Notes under the pieces: generated by a model
Told to the model about the DNA's origin: nothing
The model's input: only the letters and a program-made list of their open reading frames with translations
Database searches by the model: none
Origin: an uncultured Chloroflexia bacterium
GTDB taxonomy: Bacteria > Chloroflexota > Limnocylindria > QHBO01
Assembly (NCBI GenBank): GCA_963825525.1
Contig: CAWGTN010000002.1
Span: 1,120,001 to 1,184,000, forward strand
DNA: 64,000 bases
Direction: 5' to 3'
Translations under genes and position numbers: made by a program
In this document: positions 20,267 to 29,505 of the stretch, one piece after another
Numbering within the stretch: position 1 is the stretch's first letter
Layout of the letters: the number at the start of each line of letters is the position of its first letter

Positions 20267-21379
20267 TCAGCAGCCGTCGACGCTGCCGGCCTCGACGCCC
20301 TGGCAGAGCGTGGCCTCATCGATCCAGCCCGCATCGAGCACCACACTCAGGTTGTCCTGGGTGATCGGAATCGGCTCGAGCAGGATGGAGGTCATGGCAT
20401 TGCCTCCGGGGCTGTCGAAGGTCGCGGTGCCCGCGACCGTCGAGATGTCCGGGTTGTCGCACAGGGCCACGGCCGCCTCGGCAGCCGCCGTTCCCAGCTC
20501 GCGGGCATCCTTCCAGACGCTCACGCTCTGGGTGCCGAGCGCCACACGATTCAGGGCCGCCTGCTCGCCGTCCTGTCCGGAGACAGGAATGTCACCGGCA
20601 AGTCCCTGGGCGTCGAGCGCGGCGACGACGCCGCCGGCCATGCCGTCGTTCTCGGCGAGGACCGCATCGACATCATTGTCGTTGTCGGTGAGGAACTGCT
20701 CCATGTGGTCCTGGGCTATCGACGGATCCCAGTTGTCGGTGTAGGTCTCGCCGACAATCTCGATGTCGCCGGCAGCGACCGCATCGCCGATGACCTCGTC
20801 CATGCCCGCACGCAGGAAGTCCGCGTTGGCGTCGGCCGAGTTGCCCTTGATGATCACGTACTTGCCGCTCGGCACGAGGTCGAAGATGACTTCTGCCTCG
20901 AGCCGGCCAACGCCGACGTTGTCGAACGTGATGTACAGCGCGTTGGGATCTTCGATGAGCCGGTCGTAGGCGATGACCGGAACGCCCTCGTTGATGGCGG
21001 CCTCGACCGATGGCAGGATCGCCGTGCCGTCCTGAGCCAGGATGATGAGCACGTCAGCCCCATCGGCGATGAGGTTCTCGACGTTGCTGGCCTGGGTCTC
21101 TGCCGACGACGCGGCGTCGTTCGAGACGTACTCAGCGCCCGCGGCCTCGAGCGCATCCTGGATGGCGGGCTCGTCCCACAGCGCCCAGCGCTCTTCCTGG
21201 TAGTTGTTCCACGAGACGCCGACCGTGCAGTCGCCGCTCGCTGCCTGGGACTCGGGGGCGTTCGAGGTCGGAGCCTGCGACTCCGCGTCGCTCGGTGCCG
21301 TCGATGTGCCGGGACTGCTGCATGCGGCGAGCAGCAGGGCAAGAATGCCCAGGAGCGCCGCCAACTTGCGTATGACCAT
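20267..21379 (-). CDS. xylF: D-xylose ABC transporter substrate-binding lipoprotein (XylF-like)
   Basis: Lipobox LAAC; VGVSWNNYQEERW, VIAYDRLI, ITFDNVGVG, ENDGMAGG, VSGQDG, SVWKDARELG. Confidence 0.88.
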   Translation of the reverse strand: MVIRKLAALLGILALLLAACSSPGTSTAPSDAESQAPTSNAPESQAASGDCTVGVSWNNYQEERWALWDEPAIQDALEAAGAEYVSNDAASSAETQASNVENLIADGADVLIILAQDGTAILPSVEAAINEGVPVIAYDRLIEDPNALYITFDNVGVGRLEAEVIFDLVPSGKYVIIKGNSADANADFLRAGMDEVIGDAVAAGDIEIVGETYTDNWDPSIAQDHMEQFLTDNDNDVDAVLAENDGMAGGVVAALDAQGLAGDIPVSGQDGEQAALNRVALGTQSVSVWKDARELGTAAAEAAVALCDNPDISTVAGTATFDSPGGNAMTSILLEPIPITQDNLSVVLDAGWIDEATLCQGVEAGSVDGC

Positions 21380-21528
21380 GAGTGTGCTCTCCTCCGATAT
21401 GGAACCAAAGCTGCGTCGGTGATGGGGCGCCGGATCAGGCTACTCTTCTGTCAACCCCCTCCTCGCTTCGCTTCTCGATCGCTCGGGTTGCGGCCGTGCG
21501 CATCTCCCGATCGTGAACGGAGCATCAA

Positions 21529-22755
21529 TCAGGCGCTCGCCAGCGCGGGCGTTCGCGGCCTGAGCCGCGCGGCTGGATCGAGGAGCAGGTCCTCGAAGGC
21601 AAGCTCGGCGGCGCCGAGGATCGGCGCATCAACGCCCAGCGAGCCGGGAACGATCCGAACGAGCTCGGACGACGGCCACAGCGCGCGCCGCGTCACCGCC
21701 TGCTCGATCGTCGTGCCGACCAGCGGATGGATGCGCTCGAAGACTCCGCCGAGAACCACGAGCTGCGGATTGAGGACGTTGACCAGGGCGGCGAGACCGG
21801 TGCCGAGCCAGGTTGCGACATGCTCGAGGGCGGCCAGCGCCCGCTCCTCCCCGTGGTGGGCGGCCTCGATGAGCTCCGTGACGGCAGCCCGTCCCCCATC
21901 GGGATCGCGCTCGGCACGAACCAGGAGCGCGCGTTCCCCGATCTCGGTTTCCCAGCACCCGGACGAGCCGCATCTGCAGGCCGCCCCCGCCGGGTTGACC
22001 GGCATGTGGCCCACCTCGCCGCCGTAGCCCGCCGCACCAACCAGCGGGCGACCATCGACAATGATGTTCCCACCCACGCCGACCTCGCCCATGACGTAGA
22101 TGACGTGGTCGAACCCTATCGCGGCGCCTCGCCGATGCTCCGCCAGTCCGCCCAGGTCGGCCTCGTTGGCGACCATCACCGGCACGTCGAGATCCAGCGC
22201 CGCCGAGATCCGGTCGGCCAGGGGGACGTCACGCCATCCGAGGTTGGGCGCCTGGCGCACCACGCCATCGCTGCGGCGGACCACGCCTGCGACCGCGACA
22301 CCGACGCCGGCAAGGACGTCCGCGTCGAGCCCGGGCAGCAGGGGTCGGGCGAGATCCACGAGGTCGGCCACGATTTCGTCGACCGTCTCGTGGGCGCGCG
22401 GTCGATCGACGCGCTCGAGGCGATGAATCGTGCCCCCGAGGCCGACCAGCGCGACCGCCAGAGAGTCGACGTTCGCCTCGAGCGCGAGAGCCATCGACTG
22501 GTCGGAGCGCGCGCGGACCACGGGCGAGGGCCGCCCCGGCGTGCCGACCGGGAGGCTCCGGCGCTCGTCCACGAGATTCGCGGCCACCAGCTCTCCGATC
22601 AGCCCCCGGATGGCACTCCGCGTCAGGCCGGTACGGATGACGAGCTCCGAGCGGGACAGCGGCCCGTGCACATGGAGCTCGCGGACGATGGCGCTGAGAT
22701 TGGCCCGGCGGACCGTCTCGCTGCGCTGGCCCACGACATCCCGAGGTGGTGACAC
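21529..22755 (-). CDS. ROK family transcriptional regulator (XylR-like repressor)
   Basis: HTH (GPLSRSELVIRTGLTRSAI), APNLGW, NEADLG, GEVGHM and the CRCGSSGCWE zinc motif. GTG start with GAGGAG RBS. Confidence 0.92.
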   Translation of the reverse strand: MSPPRDVVGQRSETVRRANLSAIVRELHVHGPLSRSELVIRTGLTRSAIRGLIGELVAANLVDERRSLPVGTPGRPSPVVRARSDQSMALALEANVDSLAVALVGLGGTIHRLERVDRPRAHETVDEIVADLVDLARPLLPGLDADVLAGVGVAVAGVVRRSDGVVRQAPNLGWRDVPLADRISAALDLDVPVMVANEADLGGLAEHRRGAAIGFDHVIYVMGEVGVGGNIIVDGRPLVGAAGYGGEVGHMPVNPAGAACRCGSSGCWETEIGERALLVRAERDPDGGRAAVTELIEAAHHGEERALAALEHVATWLGTGLAALVNVLNPQLVVLGGVFERIHPLVGTTIEQAVTRRALWPSSELVRIVPGSLGVDAPILGAAELAFEDLLLDPAARLRPRTPALASA

Positions 22756-22759
22756 CCGG

Positions 22760-22827
22760 TTTGTGCTCCTCTTGCCCAAATGGTTTGGCGTAGACTCCAC
22801 CAAATAGGCGGCGCATGTCAATAGCAT
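22760..22827. promoter_or_regulatory. Divergent promoter region with two tandem TTTG-N13-CAAA operators
   Basis: 22760-22780 TTTGTGCTCCTCTTGCCCAAA; 22784-22804 TTTGGCGTAGACTCCACCAAA; minus-strand TTGACA at 22816-22821; plus-strand TAGCAT at 22822-22827. Confidence 0.7.
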
Positions 22828-22900
22828 CGGCCGGCCCGGACCCTCTCGACGAGTCCTCACCAGCGCCGCGGTCCCCCGGCCGGAGTCACAGGAGCGATCG

Positions 22901-23608
22901 ATGGACAGCCTCACCGGGCGCGTGGCCCTCATCACCGGAGCGAGCCGCGGCATCGGTGCCGCGGTGGCGCGCCAGCTCGACGCCGCGGGCGTCCGGGTCG
23001 GATTGGCCTCGCGCAGTGGGGACGACCTGGGGATCGAAGGGGCGGTGGGCGTCGCCGCGGACGTCCGTGATGCGTCCTCCATCGGGAGCGCGGTCGCGAC
23101 CGTCGTCGAGCGACTCGGCCGGCTCGACATCCTGGTGGTGAATGCGGGCGTCGGAGCCTATGGACCGATCCTCGACCTCCCGGCGGAGCAGGTCGACGAG
23201 ATGATCGACGTGAACGTCAAGGGTGCGATCCACTCGGTGCGGGCGGCCCTGCCTCATCTCATGAAGAGCCCCGCCGCGGACGTCGTGACGCTGGCAAGCG
23301 AAGCGGGGCGGCGCGGCCTTCCGCTCGAGGCCGTGTACTGCGCCTCGAAGTTCGCGCAGGTCGGACTCACCCGCGCCCTCGACCACGAGCTGCGCGAGCA
23401 CGGCATCCGCTGCACCAACGTCTGTCCGGGCGGGGTGGCGACCGACTTCGCGATGGGCCGTGGGCGGACGCCCGACATGCCCGAGCTCGCCGGCATGATG
23501 CAGCCCGACGAGGTGGCCGAGACCGTCATGTTCGTGCTCACGCGTCCGCGAACGCATCGCATCCTCGAGGTTGCCTTCCGACCGGTCAGCGAAGCGTCCT
23601 GGGGCTGA
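22901..23608 (+). CDS. Short-chain dehydrogenase/reductase (SDR)
   Basis: ITGASRGIG, LDILVVNAG, YCASK (YxxxK); AGGAG RBS. Confidence 0.92.
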   Translation: MDSLTGRVALITGASRGIGAAVARQLDAAGVRVGLASRSGDDLGIEGAVGVAADVRDASSIGSAVATVVERLGRLDILVVNAGVGAYGPILDLPAEQVDEMIDVNVKGAIHSVRAALPHLMKSPAADVVTLASEAGRRGLPLEAVYCASKFAQVGLTRALDHELREHGIRCTNVCPGGVATDFAMGRGRTPDMPELAGMMQPDEVAETVMFVLTRPRTHRILEVAFRPVSEASWG

Positions 23609-23612
23609 GCCG

Positions 23613-24603
23613 ATGAGCGTGCTGCGCTGGGGGATCCTCTCGACGGCGAAGATCGCGCGTACCAAGGTGATTCCCGGAATCCGGGGCGCGACGGAACTGC
23701 GAGGTCGTGGCGATCGCGTCGCGCGACGGCGACACCGCACGCACCGTGGCCACTGAGCTCGGCATCGCGCGGGCCCACGCCTCCTACGAGGAGCTGCTGG
23801 CCGATCCTGACGTCGACGCGGTCTACATCCCGCTCCCCAACCACCTCCACGCGGAATGGACGATCGCCGCCGCCCGTGCCGGCAAGCACGTCCTGTGCGA
23901 GAAGCCGCTTGCGCTGACCGTCGCCGAAGCCGAGCGCATGGTGGAGGCCTGCGACGTCGCCGGCGTCCAGCTCATGGAAGCGTTCATGTATCGCCACCAC
24001 GCGTCATGGTTGGCGGTACGGGAGGCAGTCGCATCGGGACGCATCGGCCGGCTGGTGGCGGTCCAGAGCTGGTTCAGCTACTTCAACGACGACCCGGCGA
24101 ACATTCGGAACATCCTCGAAGCAGGCGGCGGCGCGCTCTACGACATCGGCTGCTACTGCGTCAATCTCTCGCGGTTCCTGTTCGCTGCCGAGCCGACGCG
24201 CGTAGTGGGGTCGGTGATGCGGGATCCGATGGGCGGCACCGACATCGTGGCGGCCGGAGTCCTCGAGTTCGGCGATGGCGTGGCCACCTTCACGACCTCG
24301 ACTCGCGCAGAAGACGACCAGCACGTCAATGTCTATGGCACCGAGGGCAGGATCTCCGTCGAGATCCCGTTCAACATCCCGCCGACCCTCCCCACCCGCA
24401 TCCACATCGCGGCCGGCGGCGACCCCCCGGTTGCGGCGCAGGTCGAGACGCTCACCTTCGAGCCGGCCGACCCCTATACCGATGAGGCCTCGGCCTTCGC
24501 CGAGGCCGTCCTTGCCGGCCGGCCGGTTCCCGTTTCAGCCGCCGACGCCGTTGCCAACCTGCGGGTGATCGAGGCACTCTTCGACTCCGCCGAGGGCAGC
24601 TGA
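23613..24603 (+). CDS. Gfo/Idh/MocA oxidoreductase (aldose/D-xylose 1-dehydrogenase-like); apparent +1 frameshift at about 23691
   Basis: MSVLRWGILSTAKIA in one frame continues as EVVAIASR...YIPLPNHLH...HVLCEKP...EAFMYRHH...GGALYDIGCY in the next. Confidence 0.88.
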
Positions 24604-24612
24604 GAAGGGACG

Positions 24613-26473
24613 ATGCCGAGCACCCGGTCCTGGCGCGCGATCATCGGGGCGATTGTCATCGCCGGCATCCTCGCGACCGGGGCTGTTCTCGGCGTGGCGC
24701 GCCCATGGGACACCGGGTCAGCATGTCCCGCACCGACGGAGCATCCCGAGTGGAGCGTGGCTCGGCGCTGGGACGAGGCGCTGCTTGACGCCATCCGCCG
24801 CGCACTCCCCGCGCCGACCGTCCACGCGCGGAACCTGTACCACGCCTCCGCCGCGATGTGGGACGCCTGGGCGGCGTACGACCCGACGGCATCGGGCATC
24901 TTCGTGACCGACAAGGTCCGGGCCGCCGACGTGGCGGCCGCCCGCGATGAGGCGATCAGCTATGCCGCCTACGGCGTCCTGAGCCGTCGCTATGTCGACT
25001 CCGTGGGCGGCGACGAGTCACTCTCCGAGTTCGCCGATGTCATGGACGCGCTCTGCCATCCGCTCGATCCGGCCGTCATCGGTGCCGACTCGCCGGCGGC
25101 GCTCGGCAGCCGCATCGCGGAGGCGGTGCTTGCCGCCACGGCCGACGATCATTCGAACGAGGCCAACGGCTACGCCCCGCTGGACTATGAGCCGGTGAAT
25201 GCGCCGCTGGTGGTGGACGGGTCGACGATCGAGCTGGCGGACCCGAACCGCTGGCAGCCACTCCAGATCGAGCACATGGTCTCGCAGAACGGCATCCCGG
25301 TCGTGAACGGGGTCCAGCAGGCGATCGGGCCCCACTGGGGCCACGTGACGCCGTTCGCGGTGGCCCCGGGCGGGGCGAGCGGCGTGCCCATCGACCCCGG
25401 TCCGCCCCCTCGATTCGGCTCCCGCGAGTACCGGGACCAGGCAGTCGACGTCCTCCGCCTCAGCAGCTTCCTGGATCCGGCCGATCCGACGACGGTCGAC
25501 GTGTCGCCCGCGGCCCTCGGCAACAACTCGCTCGGCACGAATGACGGCGAGGGCCACTCGATCAACCCGATCACCGGCGAGCCCTACGAACCGGAGGTCG
25601 TCCGCCGGGCGGACTTTGGCCGCGCCCTGGCCGAGTTCTGGGCGGACGGACCGAGGTCCGAGACGCCGCCCGGGCACTGGAACGTGATCGCCAACAGCGT
25701 CGGCGACGAGCTCGGGGCCGATCTCCGCATCGGTGGCGGCGGGCCGCCCGTCGATCGGCTCGAGTGGGACGTCAAGGCCTACCTGGCGCTCAACGGAGCC
25801 GTCCACGACGCAGCCATTGCCGCGTGGGGCCTCAAGGGCCACTACGACTCGATCCGGCCGATCTCGATGATCCGCTACCTCGGCAGCCTCGGCCAGTCGA
25901 GTGACCCGCAGGCACAGGCCTATGACCCTGACGGGCTGCCCCTGGTAGACGACCTGGTCGAGGTCATCACCGACGGGACCACCGCGTCGGGCGAGCGCCA
26001 CGAGGACCTCGCGGGCCATGAGGGCGAGATCGCGGTGCGGGCGTGGGCAGGACCTCCAGATGACCCGCAGACCCAGGCGGGCGGCGTGCGCTGGATGCTC
26101 GCCACCGAATGGGTCCCCTACCAGCAGCCGACCTTCGTCACGCCCTCGTTTCCCGGCTATGTGTCCGGCCACAGCACGTTCAGCCGGGCGGCCTCCGAGG
26201 TGCTCACGAGCCTGACCGGCAGCGAGTACTTCCCGGGCGGCTTGAGTGTCTACACCGTGGAAGCCGGCGAACTGAAGTTCGAGAGCGGCCCCGCCACCAC
26301 CATGCGGCTGCAATGGGCGACCTTCGCCGATGCCGCCGACCAGGCCGGCCGTTCGCGGCTATGGGGCGGGATTCACATCGAGGCCGATGACCTTGGCCGG
26401 GCGTCGTGCCGGGTCGGCCTGCGGCCAAGCGGCCTGGGCACGTGCCATGGCGATCTTCGGGTCCGGTTCGTGA
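24613..26473 (+). CDS. Exported vanadium-dependent haloperoxidase-like protein (PAP2 superfamily); apparent +1 frameshift at about 26394
   Basis: N-terminal signal/anchor; vanadate-site motifs KGHYDSIRP, PSFPGYVSGHSTFS and SRLWGGIH; FWADGP..TPPGHWN. Removing one base gives DDLAGRRAGSACGQAAW...GS* ending at TGA 26471-26473. Confidence 0.82.
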
Positions 26474-28134
26474 CGGGCCGTCTCGCGGCGTCGAGACGCG
26501 TGATGGCAGGGGTCGGCATCGTCGCCCTGCTGGGAGGCGGGGCGGCATTGATCGGCCTGCGGGAAGACACCACCACCCCGACCGCTGCGCTCGGCGCGCC
26601 GAGATTCGTGGACGAGGCGGCATCGGGCGGCCTCACCCACACATACACGGGCGACACGCCGTTCTTCGTTGGCGGCGGACTCGCCTCCCTCGATTGCGAC
26701 GCGGATGGCCTTTCCGATCTCTTTCTCGCCGGGGGCAGCCGGCCTGCTGCCCTGTACCGCAATCGCAGCCAGATCGGTGGAGCGCTCAGCTTCGAGCGAC
26801 TTCCGGATGCGGCGACTGACCTGGCCGAAGTGACCGGCGCCTATCCACTCGACATTGACAGCGATGGCACCACGGATCTCGCCGTTCTCCGCGCCGGCGA
26901 GAATGTTCTCCTGCGCGGACTCGGCGACTGCCGTTTCGAGCGCGCCAACGAACCCTGGGGCTTCTCGGGCGGAACTGCTCGAACCATGGCGTTCAGCGCG
27001 ACCTGGGAGGGTTCGGCCGCCCTGCCGACGCTCGCGATCGGCGACTACATCGCGGTTGATGAGCTGGGGACCCCACTGCCCCCGTGCCCGGACAACGAGC
27101 TGCATCGCCCGCTGGCCAATGGGAGCGGGTATGGCCCTCCGACACCACTCGGCCCCGGCTACTGCCCGCTCTCGATGCTGTTCAGCGACTGGGACCGCTC
27201 CGGCCGACGCGACCTGAGGATCAGCAACGACCGGCAGTACTACACCGACGGCCAGGAGCAGCTGTGGCGGATCGAGCAGGGGTCGGCGCCGGCGGCCTAC
27301 ACCGCCGACGACGGATGGGCCAGGATGCAGATCTGGGGGATGGGAATCGCGAGTCGCGACGTCACCGGCGACGGATATCCGGAGGTCTACCTCACGAGCC
27401 AGGGCGACAACAAGCTGCAGACACTGACGGCCGGCACATCCCAGCCGGCGTTCCGGGACATCGCCGCGCGTCGTGGCGTGAATGCGGCGCAGCCGTTCAC
27501 CGGCGGGGAGGCCCTGCCGTCGACGGCCTGGCATCCCGAGTTCGCCGACGTCAACAACGACGGCTTCGCCGACCTCTTCGTGAGCAAGGGCAACGTCAGC
27601 CAGCAGGAGGGCTACGCGACGCGCGATCCGAGCGAGCTGCTCCTGGGTCAGCCGGACGGGACGTTCTCCCAGGCGGCCGATGCAGCGGGGATCGTTCGCT
27701 ACGACCGCGGTCGTGGCGCGGCGCTGGTCGACCTCAACCTCGACGGGCTGCCCGATCTGGTGGAGGTGTTCCTCGACGCGCCCGTGGGACTGTGGCGCAA
27801 TGTCGGGTCGGGCACCGCGTCAGATCCCGCGCCGATGGGGCACTGGATCCAGGTGCGTCTCGAGCAGCCGGCACCCAATCGCGACGCGGTCGGAGCCTGG
27901 ATCGAGACGCGCATCGGCGAGACGACGATCCTCCAGGAGGTCACCGTGGGGGGCGGCCACCTCAGCGGAGAGGCAGGCTGGACCCATGTCGGCATCGGGC
28001 CCTCGCAGCGCGCCGAGGTGCGGGTGACATGGCCGGACGGCGAGATGGGCGCATGGCAGACGATCGATGCCGACGAGTTCGCGGTGATCGAGCGAGACGC
28101 CGATGGTCCACGCAGCTGGGCGCCGTCGCGGTGA
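26470..28134 (+). CDS. Exported CRTAC1-family protein (FG-GAP/VCBS repeats plus ASPIC/UnbV domain)
   Basis: Own GTG start (GTGA overlap) and hydrophobic signal. Ca-binding repeats DCDADGLSDL, DIDSDGTTDL, DVTGDGYPEV, DVNNDGFADL, DLNLDGLPDL; ASPIC-UnbV NRDAVGA...GGGHLSG...HVGIG...VRVTWPDG. Confidence 0.85.
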   Translation: MTGRLAASRRVMAGVGIVALLGGGAALIGLREDTTTPTAALGAPRFVDEAASGGLTHTYTGDTPFFVGGGLASLDCDADGLSDLFLAGGSRPAALYRNRSQIGGALSFERLPDAATDLAEVTGAYPLDIDSDGTTDLAVLRAGENVLLRGLGDCRFERANEPWGFSGGTARTMAFSATWEGSAALPTLAIGDYIAVDELGTPLPPCPDNELHRPLANGSGYGPPTPLGPGYCPLSMLFSDWDRSGRRDLRISNDRQYYTDGQEQLWRIEQGSAPAAYTADDGWARMQIWGMGIASRDVTGDGYPEVYLTSQGDNKLQTLTAGTSQPAFRDIAARRGVNAAQPFTGGEALPSTAWHPEFADVNNDGFADLFVSKGNVSQQEGYATRDPSELLLGQPDGTFSQAADAAGIVRYDRGRGAALVDLNLDGLPDLVEVFLDAPVGLWRNVGSGTASDPAPMGHWIQVRLEQPAPNRDAVGAWIETRIGETTILQEVTVGGGHLSGEAGWTHVGIGPSQRAEVRVTWPDGEMGAWQTIDADEFAVIERDADGPRSWAPSR

Positions 28135-29505
28135 GCGCGCGGCTGGCCGACATCGTCCTGCCCGAGTTCGGAATGCCGGACCGCATGCCGGAGATCCCGG
28201 CGGCGACCTACGCCGACCGCATGCGACGGTTCAGCGAGCGGGCCGATGCCGCCGGCCTGGACCGCGTGCTGGTGTACGCGGACCGCGAGCACAGCGCCAA
28301 CATCTCCTACCTGACCGGGTTCGACCCGCGGTTCGAGGAGGCGCTGCTCGTCGTCGGGCCGGCCAATGAGCCGGCCATCCTGGTCGGAAACGAGTGCTTC
28401 GGCATGGCCGGCGCCGCCCCGCTCCCGATGCGCCGGCATCTCTTCCAGGACTTCAGCCTGCCGAGCCAGCCGCGCGACCGATCGCGAACCCTGCGCGAGC
28501 TCCTGTCCGAGGAGGGCGTGGCCGCGGGGAGCCGGATCGGCCTTGTCGGCTGGAAGACCTACGGCGACCCCGGACGCAGCGACCTCCCGAGCTACGTGGT
28601 GGACGAGGTCCGCGACCTGGTGGGTGACAAGGGAACGGTGACGAACGCCACCGACATCCTCATCGACGCCGCCGATGGCCTGAGGATCATCAACGAGCCG
28701 GAGCAGCTTGCGGCATTCGAGTGGGCCAGCTGCCAGACCTCGGAGGGTGTGCGGCGGCTGCTCGCCGGCATCGAGCCCGGGATGACCGAGCGGGAGGCCG
28801 TCCGCCTGCTCGGCTGGAACGGCTGGCCGCTGTCCTGCCACCTCATGCTCAGCGCCGGGCCACGGGCCTCGTTCGGGCTGCTGAGCCCGAGCGATCGCCC
28901 GATCGAGCGAGGCGATCGCTTCACCGTGGCCTTCGGCATCTGGGGCGCGCTCACGTGCCGAGCCGGCTTCGTGGTCGAGTCTGCCGATGAGCTCGCGGCC
29001 CCCATCCGCGACTACGTGGATCGCCTCGTGGCGCCCTACTTCGCTGCGATTGCCGAGTGGTACTCCACGATCCGCATCGGCGTCACCGGCGGCGCGCTCG
29101 ACGAGATCGTGCGGCAGGCACCTGGGCGACCCGTTCTTCGGCATATTCCTGAACCCGGGCCACCAGCTCCACCTCGACGAGTGGGTGAACTCGCCCATCG
29201 GGCCCGGCTCGACGGTCGAGCTGCGCTCGGGCATGTGCTTCCAGGTCGACGTCATCCCGGCCACGGGCACCGACTACTTCACGACGAACATCGAAGACGG
29301 CATCGCCCTCGCCGATGCTTCGCTGCGCGGCGAGCTGGCCGATCGCTTCCCGGAGGCCTGGCGGCGGATCGAGCGACGTCGCGCGTTCATGGCCGATCAG
29401 CTCGGGATCGAGCTGCATCCAGACGTCCTGCCGCTCTCGAATCTCGCGGCGCACCTTCCGCCGTTCCTGTTGCGGCCGGACCGGGCCATGACGATGCGGC
29501 CGTGA
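28131..29505 (+). CDS. Creatinase/Xaa-Pro aminopeptidase (M24)-like protein; apparent +1 frameshift at about 29115
   Basis: N-domain VYADREHSANISYLTGFDPRFEEALL; C-part LNPGHQLHLDEW...FQVDVIP...NIEDGIALAD in the next frame; GTGA overlaps at both ends. Confidence 0.75.

Noticed and set aside
21437-21454. TTGACA plus TAGCCT upstream of xylF as a sigma70 promoter
   Set aside because: The hexamers are only 6 nt apart, so they cannot form one canonical promoter; no TTTG-N13-CAAA operator is present there.
173-22027. Many long antisense or alternate-frame ORFs (e.g. 173-1549, 5962-8049, 13058-15055, 18496-20364, 20144-22027)
   Set aside because: Arg/Gly/Ala/Pro-rich shadows of recognisable opposite-strand genes, expected at high GC; no family motifs.
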